Positions 1-13,171 of a stretch of DNA of 64,000 bases are shown here, piece after piece. This DNA is from Octopus sinensis (Eukaryota), in contig NC_043006.1 of NCBI RefSeq assembly GCF_006345805.1, positions 46,438,001-46,502,000 on the forward strand, given 5' to 3'. The notes under the pieces were generated by a model that was not told the DNA's origin, ran no database searches, and was given only the letters and a program-made list of their open reading frames with translations. Within the stretch, counting starts at the first letter, position 1; every line of letters begins with the position of its first letter. Position numbers and translations under genes: made by a program.

Positions 1-981
1 TTGGGCGAATAAGGAGGGTGAGTAAGCGAGGTCATGCTACTTTTGGCAGAATTATCTCACACTTATGGCGGTGTGCGCAGATGCATTATCGTGATGAAAT
101 CCCTACTCTCCACTTTGCCACGGGTCGGGGTGATTTCGTCTCACCGTGTCTTCTGCGTGTCTTCGCCGTGACTTCCGAATTGCCAACTAAAATTTCTTGG
201 TAGCAGTTTGACCTGGTGGAACAGATTCTATATTGGCAATTCCTTTCGCACCGATGAATGAAACAAATCAGCATCGTGCAGACATTGGACTTCCACTTTG
301 GGGCGTGCTGACATTGAATGCTTCCACTGACTTCAACGCGGTTTCGTTTCCGGGTCGTAGCTGTACCACCAGCTTCCGTCACCAATAATGCCCATCGAAA
401 AAAAGTCCCGCTCAACTGCTAACTGTTTTTTTCAGTTCACGACATGCATTCAGTAGTGACTGCTTTTGATCTTCCGTGAGCAAGTGAGGCACAAATTTTG
501 CTGCAACTGTTTTCATTCGCAATTCCTCGCTCAAAATTCATTGCCAGAAGCTCCAAGATACACCAGTCAAATCAAAATGTTCGTCAATTGTTCGACGACG
601 TCCCTCTAAGAGCAGTTCATGAATTTTCGTGATGTTTTCATTCCTTTGGGAGGACGATGGTCGCCGTGAACGTGGTTGGTCTTCAAGCGACAAGTTACTA
701 TTCTTAAAGCATGAAAACGACCCGTAAACATGTGTTTTGCTCATTGTAAGCGGGTAGAAGCATGAGAACTCTTTCGGCCGTCGTTGCCCCCAGCAAAGAA
801 CATAACTTCACAGAAGCACGCTATTTTTTCGTTTCAGCCATCGCGAAAATTGACGAAGAGGGGAGAAGCATTGCAATCAAAGCCGCACCCTTTAGCAGTA
901 CGACTTTACTCGACGACGATGATTGGCAGACTGATGCCTGAGGGTCGCATCAAGTGGCTTCTAGCGGTGGAAGCCCTCGTA
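1..981 (-). mobile_element. Degenerate mariner (Tc1/mariner DD34D-type) transposon, cut by the window edge
   Basis: Minus-strand pieces read MAETKK..RASVKLCSLLG (ATG at 841), SLEDQPRSRRPS, ILSEELRMKTVAAKFVPHLLTEDQKQ, IGDGSWWYSYDPETK and FHHDNASAHT..LTHPPYSP, with many frameshifts and stops. The terminus CCCTCGTA at 974-981 is the reverse complement of a TA-CGAGGG mariner end. Confidence 0.85.
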
Positions 982-1086
982 CAACAAGCTTCTACACAGC
1001 TTCTGACAACCAAATTCACTGATAATTCATACATCAAACCGAGGCTATAGTGGAAGACGTTTGTCCAGTACACATATATGTATATT

Positions 1087-1189
<103 letters not shown>

Positions 1190-1278
1190 CTCTCTCAATC
1201 TATATATATATATATATATGAATAATGTTTTTGATTGGACGTGAGCCGTGTTTTGTAGCATTTAGTATTCGCAGATTA

Positions 1279-1311
<33 letters not shown>

Positions 1312-1565
1312 GTCGATGCAACCGCTGTCAGTTTCAATGCTGAGCATTTTGTCCTTTGATCGAAAGACCTACGTATCCGATTTGAATTATAGCGTAAGTC
1401 GTTTGGGAGTATCACAAATATTAGTGCTTCGAATGCAATTCTAAGATAGATGCTGCCTGAAAGTATATCAAAGAGGACATTCGAAATTACACTCATTGCC
1501 GAAAAGAACTAAACCCAATAAAATAGCAAACAAAGGAATTTACCAACCAAACAAGTAACCAAACA

Positions 1566-1963
1566 AGGCGCAGTAGTGGCTGTGTGGTAAGTACCTTGCT
1601 AACCAACCACATGGTTCCGGGTTCAGTCCCACTGCGTGGCATCTTGGGCAAGTGTCTTCTGCTATAGCCCCGGGCCGACCAATGCCTTGTGAGTGGATTT
1701 GGTAGGCGGAAACTGAAAGAAGCCTGTCGTATATATATATATATGTATGTGTGTGTGTTTGTGTGTCTGTGTTTGTCCCCCTAGCATTGCTTGACAACCG
1801 ATGCTGGTGTGTTTACGTCCCCGTCACTTAACGGTTCGGCAAAAGAGACCGATAGAATAAGTACTGGGCTTACAAATAATAAGTCCCGGGGTCGATTTGC
1901 TCGACTAAAGGCGGTGCTCCAGCATGACCGCAGTCAAATGACTGAAACAAGTAAATAAGAGTA
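1566..1963 (+). mobile_element. tRNA-derived SINE family A (about 400 bp, internal TA/TG microsatellite), full copy
   Basis: Head has A-box-like TGGCTGTGTGG and B-box-like GGTTCAGTCC, then a CCTTGGGCAAGTGTCTT-type core, an internal (TA)/(TG) run and an AAGAGT-type tail. More than 12 homologous copies occur in the window. Confidence 0.85.
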
Positions 1964-2443
1964 ACCTTTGTAGATTTTATTATGCTTTAGACAACCAGAA
2001 GCTACAGAAGACAGTTTGGCATTATACAGCGCCAACTGATTTCTGTTATAGACCAAGAATAATGTCCTTTGAGTGTAATTTATGGTTAGGTAAAAATTAA
2101 TGTTATTTAATTTTTGGAGTCTCAGATTCAGAGTCTTAGATATATTAGACGTTTACTATCAATTTTAGTATGTCTATAATTTTGAAATTAGATGCTAAAC
2201 GTAGATGGACACTAAATAGTGAAACTGTCTGTTTGTTTGTATATGTATGTATGTATGTATGTATGTACGTATGTATGTATGTTTGTGTGTATGTGTGTAT
2301 GTGTGTATGTGTGTATGCATGTATGTATGTATGTATGTATGTATATATGTATGTGTGTGTGTGTGTATGTATGTATGTATCTATCTATCGGTCTGTCTAT
2401 ATATCAATATATCTATCTATCTGTCTGTCTGTCTGTCTGTTTT

Positions 2444-2474
<31 letters not shown>

Positions 2475-2616
2475 ATCTCTAAACATATACACATATACAC
2501 ATACATACATATTCATGCACACATACTCACGCATATATGTGCCTGTATGAGAGTGTATATATATCTTATATATATATTTGTGTGTGTGTGTATATATGCA
2601 AACACACGCACACAGA

Positions 2617-2663
<47 letters not shown>

Positions 2664-2664
<1 letters not shown>

Positions 2665-3036
2665 AATGAAAGAATGGAGTCGAACGACGATTTAACAAAA
2701 TTCCTTTATTCTCGACACGTGTTTCGAAGACTGCATATTCTTAATTCCGAAGGAATAAAGGGTGCATTATGCCGTCTTCTCATCAGGAAAGACAAGGAAC
2801 TTATGTCAGCATCATGACGAACAAAAACTTTTAGATGACTGCCCACACGGAGTCCATAGTGATAATGAGTGCTTTAAAATATTCCGTTATAAGCAGTGAC
2901 GTCAAAATTTCCACACGAAAGCACGTGATTTCTGCCCTTGGCATGTAGCTTCAACCGTGCTTTCTGACGTAAATTTGCTACCCGGGTATCGGTTAACCGA
3001 ATTATCCATACTAGGATAATTCATTCAACTACTTAA
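2664..3036 (-). mobile_element. Short Penelope-like (pLTR-type) repeat carrying a hammerhead, inserted between (CA)n/(TA)n runs
   Basis: About 370 bp of non-microsatellite sequence bounded on both sides by CA/TA runs; contains the motif at 2710-2790. The PLE assignment is inferred from the ribozyme type. Confidence 0.55.
2710..2790 (-). ncRNA. Type I hammerhead ribozyme, canonical core, palindromic stem III
   Basis: Minus strand reads UUUC-CUGAUGA-GAAGAC.GCAUA...UAUGC.GUCUUC-GAA-ACACGUGU-C-GAGA. All core nucleotides are intact. Stem II is 6+5 bp, stem I is 4 bp (one G.U), and the site is GUC. Confidence 0.85.
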
Positions 3037-3086
<50 letters not shown>

Positions 3087-3090
<4 letters not shown>

Positions 3091-3253
3091 GACGGGCTTC
3101 CTTCAGTTTCCCTCTACCAAATCCATTCACAAGGCATTGGTCGGCCCGAGCTACAGTAGAAGACACTTGCCCAAGATGTTACGCAGTGGGACTGAACCTG
3201 GAACCATGTGGTTGGTAAGCAAGCTACTTACCACACAGCCACTCCTACGCCTA
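3087..3253 (-). mobile_element. SINE family A, head half
   Basis: Reverse complement of the head and core of the 1566-1963 copy; ends at a (TA)n run. Confidence 0.8.
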
Positions 3254-3365
3254 AAAAGCAAAGTCGAGCTCGGCGAAATTGAACTCAAAATGTAAACACG
3301 CGTGAATTAAGGCTAAGCATTTCATCCGGCGTGCTAACGTTTCTGCCAGCTCGCCGCCTTGTTAA

Positions 3366-3985
3366 GGTTATCCCTACAGATTTTGTATAGAAATAATAAC
3401 CAGCACTGACTTCGTTGCGATGTTTTCGTATCCAAGAATAACAACCAGATAACTGATCTAAACAAGAACGATATCGAAGATAATAAAAAATGGGTAATGG
3501 TTGTATAATGCCATATTTCAGGAACTTTTACTCCTTCAACAGCATCAGTCCAAGCCATACCGTGTCCCTACAGGTCATTAATATTTACGTACCATCTTCT
3601 AGGAATGTGTGTAATCGTATCAGGACAATTACCTTAGCCCCCAAAGGACAATTCCCCCCGATAACAAATACTCTCTAGGAAATTACCCCATTTGGTTAAT
3701 TACCCCCCTCTACAATATATTAAGAAGTTTTAAATCTTCATTTGTTGTCCTCAGAGGTAATTGTCCTCGGAGTAAATGTCCTAGACTGAAGCAATGAGTT
3801 CGCGGATCGTTAATTGATTGGATGGGTGCTGATTAAGGAGCAAAAACTCCCGAAATATGGCATATACAGCCATTATACATGTTTCATCCTCGATTTCATT
3901 GTTTACATCTGGCGTCTCCGATCTGAAATATCGTAACGAAATCATTACTGGTTATAATTTGTATAGAAAATCTATTAGGATAACC
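3366..3985. mobile_element. Kolobok-like MITE with TTAA target duplication and about 190-bp imperfect TIRs
   Basis: TTAA at 3362-3365 and 3986-3989. The termini are GGTTATCC...GGATAACC, and the first 39 nt of the two arms match at 32/39. Similarity continues for about 190 bp. Confidence 0.65.
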
Positions 3986-4279
3986 TTAATAAATAACTCC
4001 TTCACATATTACGTATCTGAATGTTAAAAAGATGCTCACTACCCACCGAGGTTCTCTACACAGGAGTTAAATATTGGGCAGAATTTCAATTCAATAATCA
4101 CCAAAGACATCGACATACATATTATATTTATGTATAAACACGAATGTTTTTAAATAGACCCCAAATCTCACATACACTAAATCACCGAATTAGCCCGTAC
4201 ATAATCTAGTACACAATGCAATACTTAACTGTTAAGAATATCCTAAATCTCACCATAGCTCTATCGCTGTATCGAACAG

Positions 4280-5170
4280 ACAATGGGACGTCCTCATACG
4301 TCGCTGATCAAAAGGTGTTTTAATTATTTTCTTGATTGCACCTTTCTCTTCCATTTGCTTGTCATCTTCCCATCTACTTGCAGTTCCTCCGTGTGGTCTC
4401 TTCCGATCTGTTGGATATCATTCGACACCTGCTCTGAACCATCGCTTCTCTGTGAGCCTTATGACATGTACGACCTGAAGAGAACTTTTGCTTTCCATTT
4501 TCCGTAGTGTAATTACATTTTTACTCCATTCCATTTTGGAATTACCGTGTCGCGAATATGCTCTCACGATGATATTATTAGAATGGTGGTTTCCATGGCC
4601 TACTCTGTTGTAACCAGTCACTGGCATTCTTCCACTGTAGCCGTCACGTCTCAGAAAATTGCTACTGAACTAATTAGCCCTGCTGGTCTTGTCCCGCTGT
4701 GCTTTGAGCAGATCTTACATCTTGGCAAACACCTTCCACACTACTCTTACAATGCATGAGGTTTTAGCATTAACATGCCTGCATATATTTACTGAATGTC
4801 TCAAGTAAACACTCTCCTTCACCTTCTCAATTTCATAGATTCCCCCCATTATTCGCTTTTGTTCTACTTATACTAACAACATGAATTTTGTTTACATGCG
4901 CTTTACTCTGGAGGCTGGTGCTGAACTGTGGATCCCTAGTTCTGTAAGCATGCTCTGATTATACTCTTATTTCAGTTCTGTTTATTCTAGAAGCTCTGCT
5001 GAAGCGAACGAGTCATTTATTGTGTCCGAGTTCTTCCAAACACTGCTTCGTCTATCGGTTTATCATGCAGTCATTTTTTGGGGCAATCATAAACAGCTTT
5101 TAAAAATGAAACAAGAGGCATGTGGGGTTATTGTCTCTTACTTGTTCTCTATCATCCTTCTTATTAAGGA
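4280..5170 (-). mobile_element. Degenerate RTE-like LINE reverse-transcriptase C-terminal fragment
   Basis: Minus strand reads HVIRLTEKRWFRAGVE*YPTDRKRPHGGTASRWEDD, resembling the RTE GHV.R....RW....EW.P...KR..GRP..RW.DD motif. Upstream EIEKVKESVYL resembles the EEV.EYVYLG motif. Confidence 0.6.
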
Positions 5171-6884
5171 GCATGGATTTTAACTTCTTCCAGGGCGCGG
5201 ATTGGTACGTTTTCCTCTTACAAACATCGATTGCAATATAGAATAAAGGGATTTCCATAGATGTTCCCCTCTATTCTTTAACATTTCCATTGCCAAACCC
5301 TATTTTTCTAAATGGCGATCACAGAACTTTCAATAAAAATACAACTCCACGTGAAATGTATATTGGTATTTACTCTAATAAAATAGTCGGTATCACTTCG
5401 AAAACAGAGCTCTTGCTGATGAAATTGAAATGTAAATCTCTTCATCTTAAAAACAAAAAAATATTAGCAATACATTTTTAGTTGAATCTTTTGAATATTC
5501 ATGGACACGTGAGTTTAGAACGTCTAAAAAATGCCAATATTATATTCTATAATATTTCTTGTATGTTATCTGTTGTCTGGGCAGAAAGCGTTATTTATTT
5601 GAAGCATGTTCAGATTGTTCAAGAATACAATATTTATGCTTGGGGTTTTCAAGTGAATGAAATGTAAAAATAAATGTTTCAAAAATATTTTGTATTAGTG
5701 TTGTTCGTAATCCTATTGTATTACATATTGTTAAAGGCAGGAAAGTTTGAGCTTCGTTTCAGAGTAAAATTATGATTATTTATTCATTACAATCATGCCT
5801 TTATAAACATCTCAAATATTAATTTTAAAAAGTAATACGTACAACAACAAACAGTACATTTAATCATGGCGTTTAATTATTTTTCTCTTTAAATTATTGT
5901 CAATCATTGTTCTTATATTTAAATGTTGTCAAATGTTTTGAGTGTTATTTAAAAAAAAAATTGGTGTAAAACTAAATAAATAAAATTACCACATAAAAGC
6001 TGTCGTATTCACAATGTGCAGACATCAACATACCAATTATTCTATTAGATAACGACATGAATTTTTAATGTTGATTTATAGTGCCGCAAATCTCTTGAAA
6101 TAAAACATAAAAGCCATTGCTAACCTACCGCTGCTAATTCGTGCAAAATTTAACTATGTAAGAGATTGTAAAAGAAGAATAGAGATAAAAAACTACACAA
6201 AAATGATACGTATTTCAATTGAAAACTTTAACTATTTCTATTAATATATTTGTAATAAAATTCAAAAAGTGATACAAAAATTGCGTCATCTTCAACAACG
6301 GTAATAAAAAGAACAGGAAAAACATGAATAACAACAATATTAGTATTAATAATAATATGCATCAACAATGATTTGAACAACAAACAAGAATAGTTGCTGT
6401 ATTATAAAAAGTCGAACTCATGCTCTTTAGGAAATATAACGGAAAGAGAGAAGTCTTAATTAAATTCAATAATGCATAAATGATTTGATTTATTTAATTG
6501 TTGAAAAATACAAAATGGACTCGTATATAAAGATAACTCATAGACAGTCACGTGGTGAGTTTCCATGCAACATAAATTCAGATTTAATTCTATTGTTCTG
6601 CAACTGAATAGAAAACACTCGTTAACTCCCTTGATCCGATGAGCTATGCACTAAGAGAAAATGACACCAATAAACAGCGTGAGTATTAACTTGTCAGAAA
6701 GTTTAAAAAGAGACATGCAATTGTTATGTTCATTTATTGAGGCCATTTTAGGAATTTATGGATATTTGTTTTTCATTAGTTATAATTCATGCGTTTAGAA
6801 AGAAGTACCAAAATGGACCAGCATCTAAGAATGACTTAGAATTATTAAGAACAATAGTTCTTATCCACAGTATGATTAGAAATT

Positions 6885-6918
<34 letters not shown>

Positions 6919-7281
6919 ATAACAAAGGGTAAAATTAATTAATTAATTAAGAAGTAATCAGAAATTTCACCAAGTAGAATTCGGCATGAAATAGTTTCGT
7001 TATTGATTTTCGTTATTTTTCCCTTTTGCTTGCGTGGATTGTTTTCAAGTACCAAAGTTTTTCTGGGAGCCCCCTTTTAAAGTAGAAGGAATAGCTAAGA
7101 TTTTTTGACTGCTATTTCTAAACTTCGGTATGTGGTGAAGCAAATATTTGCTGAACCCTAATTATAAAGTATATATATATATAACGGGAAGCTTTATGAA
7201 AATAAACAAAAGACGAAGGCAGGTGGAAAACAAACGAACAATTGTATTAGTATGGCGCTCAGGAAATATAAATAAAACAAG

Positions 7282-7319
7282 TCTTTAACGTTTCGAGCCT
7301 ACGCTCTTCAACAGAAAGA
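7282..7319 (-). ncRNA. Minimal type I hammerhead motif with A6U core mutation
   Basis: UCUUU-CUGUUGA-A-GAGC-GUAG-GCUC-GAA-ACGU-U-AAAGA. Stem I is a perfect 5 bp, stem II a perfect 4 bp, and stem III is the ACGU palindrome. Confidence 0.7.
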
Positions 7320-7499
7320 TACACAGAGAGAGAAAAACACAGAAAGAAGGAGAGAAAAAAAATGCGTGCAGTAGCTAACGAATCAACATGGCGATCTGAT
7401 TTCGGCCAGAGGTCAAAGATCAAACATGAGACGCGAGAGCGAAATAAGGGGAGATAATAGGGTTGATAAAAGGGTTGAGGGACCAGCTAAAAGTGCGTG

Positions 7500-7870
7500 G
7501 GAGGGGTCTGGATGTGTGTATGTATAGGGTTGGTGTATGTATTGGTATGTATAAGGGTGTGTGTGTGTGTGTGTGTGTATGAGAGAGTATTAGTGCGTAA
7601 GATTGGTCTGGACGTGCGTATGTATGGGGTTGGTGTATGTATTAGTATGTATTAGTATGTATTAGTACGTATTGGTATGTATAGGTGTGTGTGTGTGTGT
7701 GAGAGAGTATAAGTGCGTATGCGGAGTCTGGACGTGTGTATGTATAGGGTTGGTGTAAGTATTAGTATGTACTAGTATGTATTAGTACGTATTAGTATGT
7801 ATTAGTTGGTAATATATGTGTGTGTGTGTGTGTGTGTCTGTGTGTGTGTGTGTGTGTGTATAACGTAATT
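7500..7870. repeat. Three degenerate tandem units of about 115-125 bp, each containing GTATTA and TG microsatellites
   Basis: GTCTGGAYGTG..TATGTATRGGGTTGGTGTA.GTATT recurs near 7506, 7606 and 7726. Confidence 0.7.
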
Positions 7871-8649
7871 AATAAGACAAAGATCTTTAACAAATCTTTA
7901 ATGATTTATTACAACTGTTTTTGTAACAAATCTGCTTCAAATTATGCAATATTCGAAATTCACACATACACAGATTCACAGACACATATGTAGGCATGTA
8001 TGTATGTATGTATGTATGTATGTATGTATGTATGTATGTATGTATGTATATATGTATGTGTAGGTGCAGTAGTGCTCGAACGTTGGAGCTGTCACTCGGT
8101 TAGTTGGTCATCAGCAACCGTTGAATTACTGGAGAAACGAAAAAAGTAGAGTAAGCGAGGTAAATGGCGGAATGGCTTACGAGTGGTTGTTCTCTATCCA
8201 CAATGAGAAGAAGCCATTACTGTCCGGGACAGAATGTATGGAAACCTGTCAAAATCTAAATTCGTGCAAGTTGAATTGGTGCAAAATTTAAGTTCAACAC
8301 AAATAAAGAGCGAGCGCACTGAAGAGTGAGAGAGACAGAGATAAACAGATAGAGAGAGAGAGAGAGGGGGAGTGAGGAAGAGAGGCATAGTGTGAGAAAA
8401 AGTGAGACGGGAATGAAGCAAAAGAGAAAGGGAGGGGGAGATTAAGAGTGTAAGGGAAGAGAGCCAGAAATCGGTGGGGGAGAAAAAAAGAGAAAGAAAA
8501 CAAATGGAAGCTCGTGATAGAAGTGCTTCAAGTTGCTGTATTGATAAATAGGAACAAAATAAACAACTGCAAGAATAATCTGAAGTGGATAAATGATGAA
8601 TGCATAAACGAAGGGAAGGTGCAGATTTTAATTTGGTGATAAAGTTATT

Positions 8650-9135
8650 ACTAAATACACCACCACCATCATCATCATCATCACCACCAACACCACCATC
8701 ATCATCATCATCACCACCAACAACACCAACACTACCAACACCACCACCACCACCACCACCACCACAACCATCATCATCATCATCACCACCAACACCATCA
8801 ACACCACCACCACCACCACCACCACCACCACCACAACCACCACCATCATCACCATCATCATCACAATCGTCATTATCATCATCATCATCATCCTCATCAC
8901 CACCCTCTTCAACCCTCCTCCACCTCTCCTCCTCTTCATTATCATCATTAGCATTATATTATTACGAAGTCATCATCATCGTCCTGCACACCATTACCGT
9001 CAGCACCATTCCCACCATCATAATCATCATAATCTATCATTATCATCATCATCATCATCATACACATCCACATCATTGTCATTGATATTTCCTCTCTTCC
9101 TTCCCTCGTCGTCATCATCGCCATTATCATCGTTG

Positions 9136-9168
<33 letters not shown>

Positions 9169-9330
9169 ATTAGTCGGCATATTGCTATTCTTCCTCCTCC
9201 GCCTCCTACCGCTTCCACCTCCGCTTCCTCCTCCCTCTACTCTACTCATCATCATCATCATCATCATCATCATTGTCTTGATCATCATCATCCTCGTGGT
9301 GGTCATCATCACCGGCCGCCTCACCACTGT
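8650..9330. repeat. Compound (CAC)/(CAT)/(CCT) trinucleotide microsatellite
   Basis: Directly visible; it accounts for the poly-P/S/H/D/M ORFs. Confidence 0.95.
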
Positions 9331-9544
9331 CGTCGTTTACCAAAAATTATTGTACAGTTTATATGAGAGAGAATAACTATATAATTCATATGTAATGAAA
9401 AGTCGGTTAATGAGTACAATGGCTTAATGTTATTTAAGCACTTATGGATAAACGAACGAATGACTTCGTTGAAGTAGACAAATAAAGAAACAATTGAATC
9501 AAGACGTCTAAATATATTTCTAATTTTCAAATTTACAATATTAT

Positions 9545-9776
9545 TACTCTTACACTTTTACTCTTTTACTTGTTTCAGTCAGTTGACTGCGGCCATGCTG
9601 GAGCACCGCCTTTAGTCGAGCAACTCGACCCCGGGACTTATTCTTTGTAGGCCCAGTACTTATTCTATCGGTCTCTTTTGCCGAACCGCTAAGTGACGGG
9701 GACATAAACACACCAGCAGCGGTTGTCAAGCAATGCTAGGGGGACAAACACAGACACACAAACATACACGCATATA

Positions 9777-9846
<70 letters not shown>

Positions 9847-10019
9847 CATATATACGACGGGCTTCTTTCAGTTTCCGTCTACCAAATCCACTCACAAGGC
9901 TTTGGTCGGCCCGAGGCTATAGTAGAAGACACTTGCCGAAGGTGCCACGCAGTGGGACTGAACCCGGAACCATGTGGTTGGTAAGCAAGCTACTTACCAC
10001 ACAGCCAATCCTGCGCCTA
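9545..10019 (-). mobile_element. SINE family A, full copy with expanded internal (TA)n
   Basis: Reverse-complement match to 1566-1963 from tail to head (GCGCCTA end at 10019). Confidence 0.85.
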
Positions 10020-10026
10020 TTACTGC

Positions 10027-10066
<40 letters not shown>

Positions 10067-10504
10067 TAATAATAATAATACTTCTACTAGTACTACTACT
10101 GCTGCTGCTACTACTACTAATACTACTACTACTACTACTAATAATAATAATAATAATAACAACAACAATAATAATCAGAAGCAAGGAAAACTAATACAAA
10201 CAGCCACGTAACACGAACAAATCAAAAAACTGTTTTCAATTTTTAAGGAAGCTGATAAATACAAACAAGAAGCCGTACTACCTAACTACTGCCAATAATA
10301 ATAATCCTTTTTACTATAGACTCAACGCCTGAAATTTTAATGGAGGAGACTTGCTGATTACATCGATCACAATGGGAAACTGGTACCTATATTATTGACC
10401 AGAAATGATGATGGCAAAGTCCATCGTCATCAGCTTTTGGACACAGAGCGTAAAGATGGACGAAATTTCGTTAAGTATTTTGTCTTGTGCGGTAACGACT
10501 CAAT

Positions 10505-10520
10505 AATAATAATAATAATA

Positions 10521-10553
<33 letters not shown>

Positions 10554-10590
10554 GTGGTGATGGTGGTGGTGGTGGTGGTGGTGGTGGTGG

Positions 10591-10625
<35 letters not shown>

Positions 10626-10644
10626 GTGATGATGGTGATGATGG

Positions 10645-10677
<33 letters not shown>

Positions 10678-10680
10678 GAG
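10505..10680. repeat. (AAT)/(GAT)/(GGT) microsatellite
   Basis: Directly visible; source of the poly-His and poly-Met ORFs. Confidence 0.95.
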
Positions 10681-10692
10681 TACTCAGGGCAA

Positions 10693-10875
10693 ACCTCCGC
10701 CAAGGCAACACCAATGATTAGCCGGAGGTGATTTTTAAAATGATAATATATAAAACAGACTCAATAGCACTCACAAACGAGAATACTAAAAATGAACCCG
10801 ACCACTCTCTAAAATTAAGTAAAAAAATCGGGAAAATAATCCAGAATCCTTGTCCGGTACCTGATCTGTCCTAAT
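10693..10875. mobile_element. Helentron/HINE-like fragment
   Basis: Short hairpin ACCTCCG...CGGAGGT next to a T/A run, plus an AAAAAAATC...ATCCAGAATCC..CCGG..CCTGATC block. The ACCTCCGCCAAGG motif recurs at about 58743. Confidence 0.4.
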
Positions 10876-11983
10876 GGTAGTCATGTAATGTGGAGGTGGC
10901 AGTAGAAAATTTAATAACAGTAACACACAACCACACACACACAGTAAGCTTCTTTCAGTTTCCATTCAGCAAATTTACTGACAAGGCTTTGGATGTCCTG
11001 AGGTTATAGCAGAAGACACTTGTGCAGAGTGTCACATAGTAGGATTGAACTCAGAACCATGTGGTTGGGAGGCTGTATTTAAATATATTTAGTTTTTCAT
11101 CAGTAATGGTATTGTTAATACGTACGTTACATTCTTTGATTTTTTGCTGTGATTAACTACAGTTTTGAATGCTGCTTATCTTGTCCTAGAAGTTGTTATA
11201 CATGACAGGTAAATTTATTATTTCAGTTGTAGATTTTATTAAATAAACTGGGGTTCTTATGGCTTTAGAGTGTCGTGTTTTTTTGTGATATAGAGTAAAT
11301 TGGGGTGTGATTTTGATTATTTCTGTCGTCTGTCAGCATATGATTGAATTTTCTATTCACAGCTTCCTTTCCGATGTTCACATTGTCACTTATCCGAAGT
11401 CCTAGCTTATTAATGTTCTTCATTCTTGGCGTTGTTATGCATGTTGTTTGGTCTCCACTTTTTATCATTTGTTACCGTTCCACTAATAACCATCCGCTCT
11501 TTTATTTCTCCTTTTTTTTCCCCAGTTATTTTGACTATTGGATCTTCAATCAGTTCGTCGTTTCTAGTTTGAGTAGTCTCAGAGAGATTTGACCATTTGC
11601 AGTAGATCAAATGAACGTGTAGAAACAAGCAAAATGCCTGGTGGAAACGTGATATTGTTAGTAAAATTATAATCATTGAAAGTCGCATATGAATAGGATG
11701 ATCTTTGAAGTGTTTGTGGTCTTGGCTTAAGATGCTGGGCCTCAAAATTATTTTGTTCTCTTTATTGCATTTATTTCTACAGATAATTACTTAAGTATCC
11801 AATACATCTGAAATGTAATTTCGAACTTTTTTATAGGCCTTAAAATTCTGAAATGAAATGAAATCGTTATTGATTTGATGTGATTGCTTGTTTGTTTCGG
11901 CTGACTTGGAAAAGAAGAGGATGCTCACAGCAAACACGTATTAACGAACATCAAACAGAAGAAAATCAATATCACATACATAA

Positions 11984-12024
<41 letters not shown>

Positions 12025-12559
12025 GTGTGTGTATAATATTAACAGACTATTAAAATTAATCATTTTCAAGAGTCATTGTGATGGAATCAAATTGAATTTT
12101 GAAACTTGAAATAATTTGAAATAATTTAAATTAATTGAATATTTCAAACTTAACAATATGAAATGTTTGATTAATTTTTATTAATAAAAGATTTCTATTT
12201 TGATTGTTTCCATTATTTTACTAAAATTGCTAAAATTGGTCACACTTTCGGAAATGACGATCCCTCTTATATCTGCGTCCTTGCACGCACACAACACACA
12301 CATAAACATACACACACACATATATATACACAGACACGTATACATACATACACACACACAAACACACACACACAGACACACACATACACAGAAACACACT
12401 CATGCACACACATATACTGAATTACACACGTATGCGCACATAAGCAGGCACACATAAATATCTCTAAATAAATACGTCCACACACATATAACTAAATACA
12501 TTTACATCATACATATTAGAGGGACATGAGTTTATGTAGCGTATGGATACGAGTCCATA

Positions 12560-13068
12560 AATCATCATCATCATCATCATCATAGCTTAACGTTCGTTTT
12601 CAGTTTTCCATGCTAGCATGGGCTGGACTGTTCAACCGGGGTCTGGGAAGTCAGGAGGCTGCACCAGGCTCGAGTCTGATCTGGCAGTTTTTCTACAGCT
12701 GGATGCCCTTCCTAACGCCAACCACTCCTTGAGTGTAGCGGGTGCTTTTTACGTGCCACGGGAGGCTGGCAACGGCCACGATCGGTTGGTGCTTTTTACG
12801 TGCCACCGGCACGGAAGCCAGTCAGGGCGGCGCTGTCATCGGCCAAGTTCGGATGGTGCTTTTTACTTGCCACCGGCACGGGTATCACAACTACAATTTC
12901 CATTTGAATTTTATTTTGTTGTTGATGTACTTGACTCAATAGGTCTCCTCAAGCACAGCAGGTCGCCCTACGATCCATGGTACGCACAGCACGTCCTGCG
13001 ATCCAAGGTACTTTGGATGGGCTGGGGCTGCTATGTGAAGCTGGTGCAGGAAACAGCCATTAATATAT
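12560..13068 (-). mobile_element. SINE/LINE 3'-end element with (GAT)n tail and three internal tandem repeats
   Basis: (CAT)n at the left end, a GGATGCCCTTCCTAACGCCAACC block, and GGTGCTTTTTACKTGCCAC repeated three times (about 12740, 12787, 12855). Confidence 0.6.
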
Positions 13069-13171
13069 CTATTAATTATCCACATTGTAATAGCAATGTC
13101 GTTATGGATGCTTGAATGCTATGGCTAGTATGGTCGAGTTTAGAACTCTATAAGCAGCTGGTCATTGCAAT

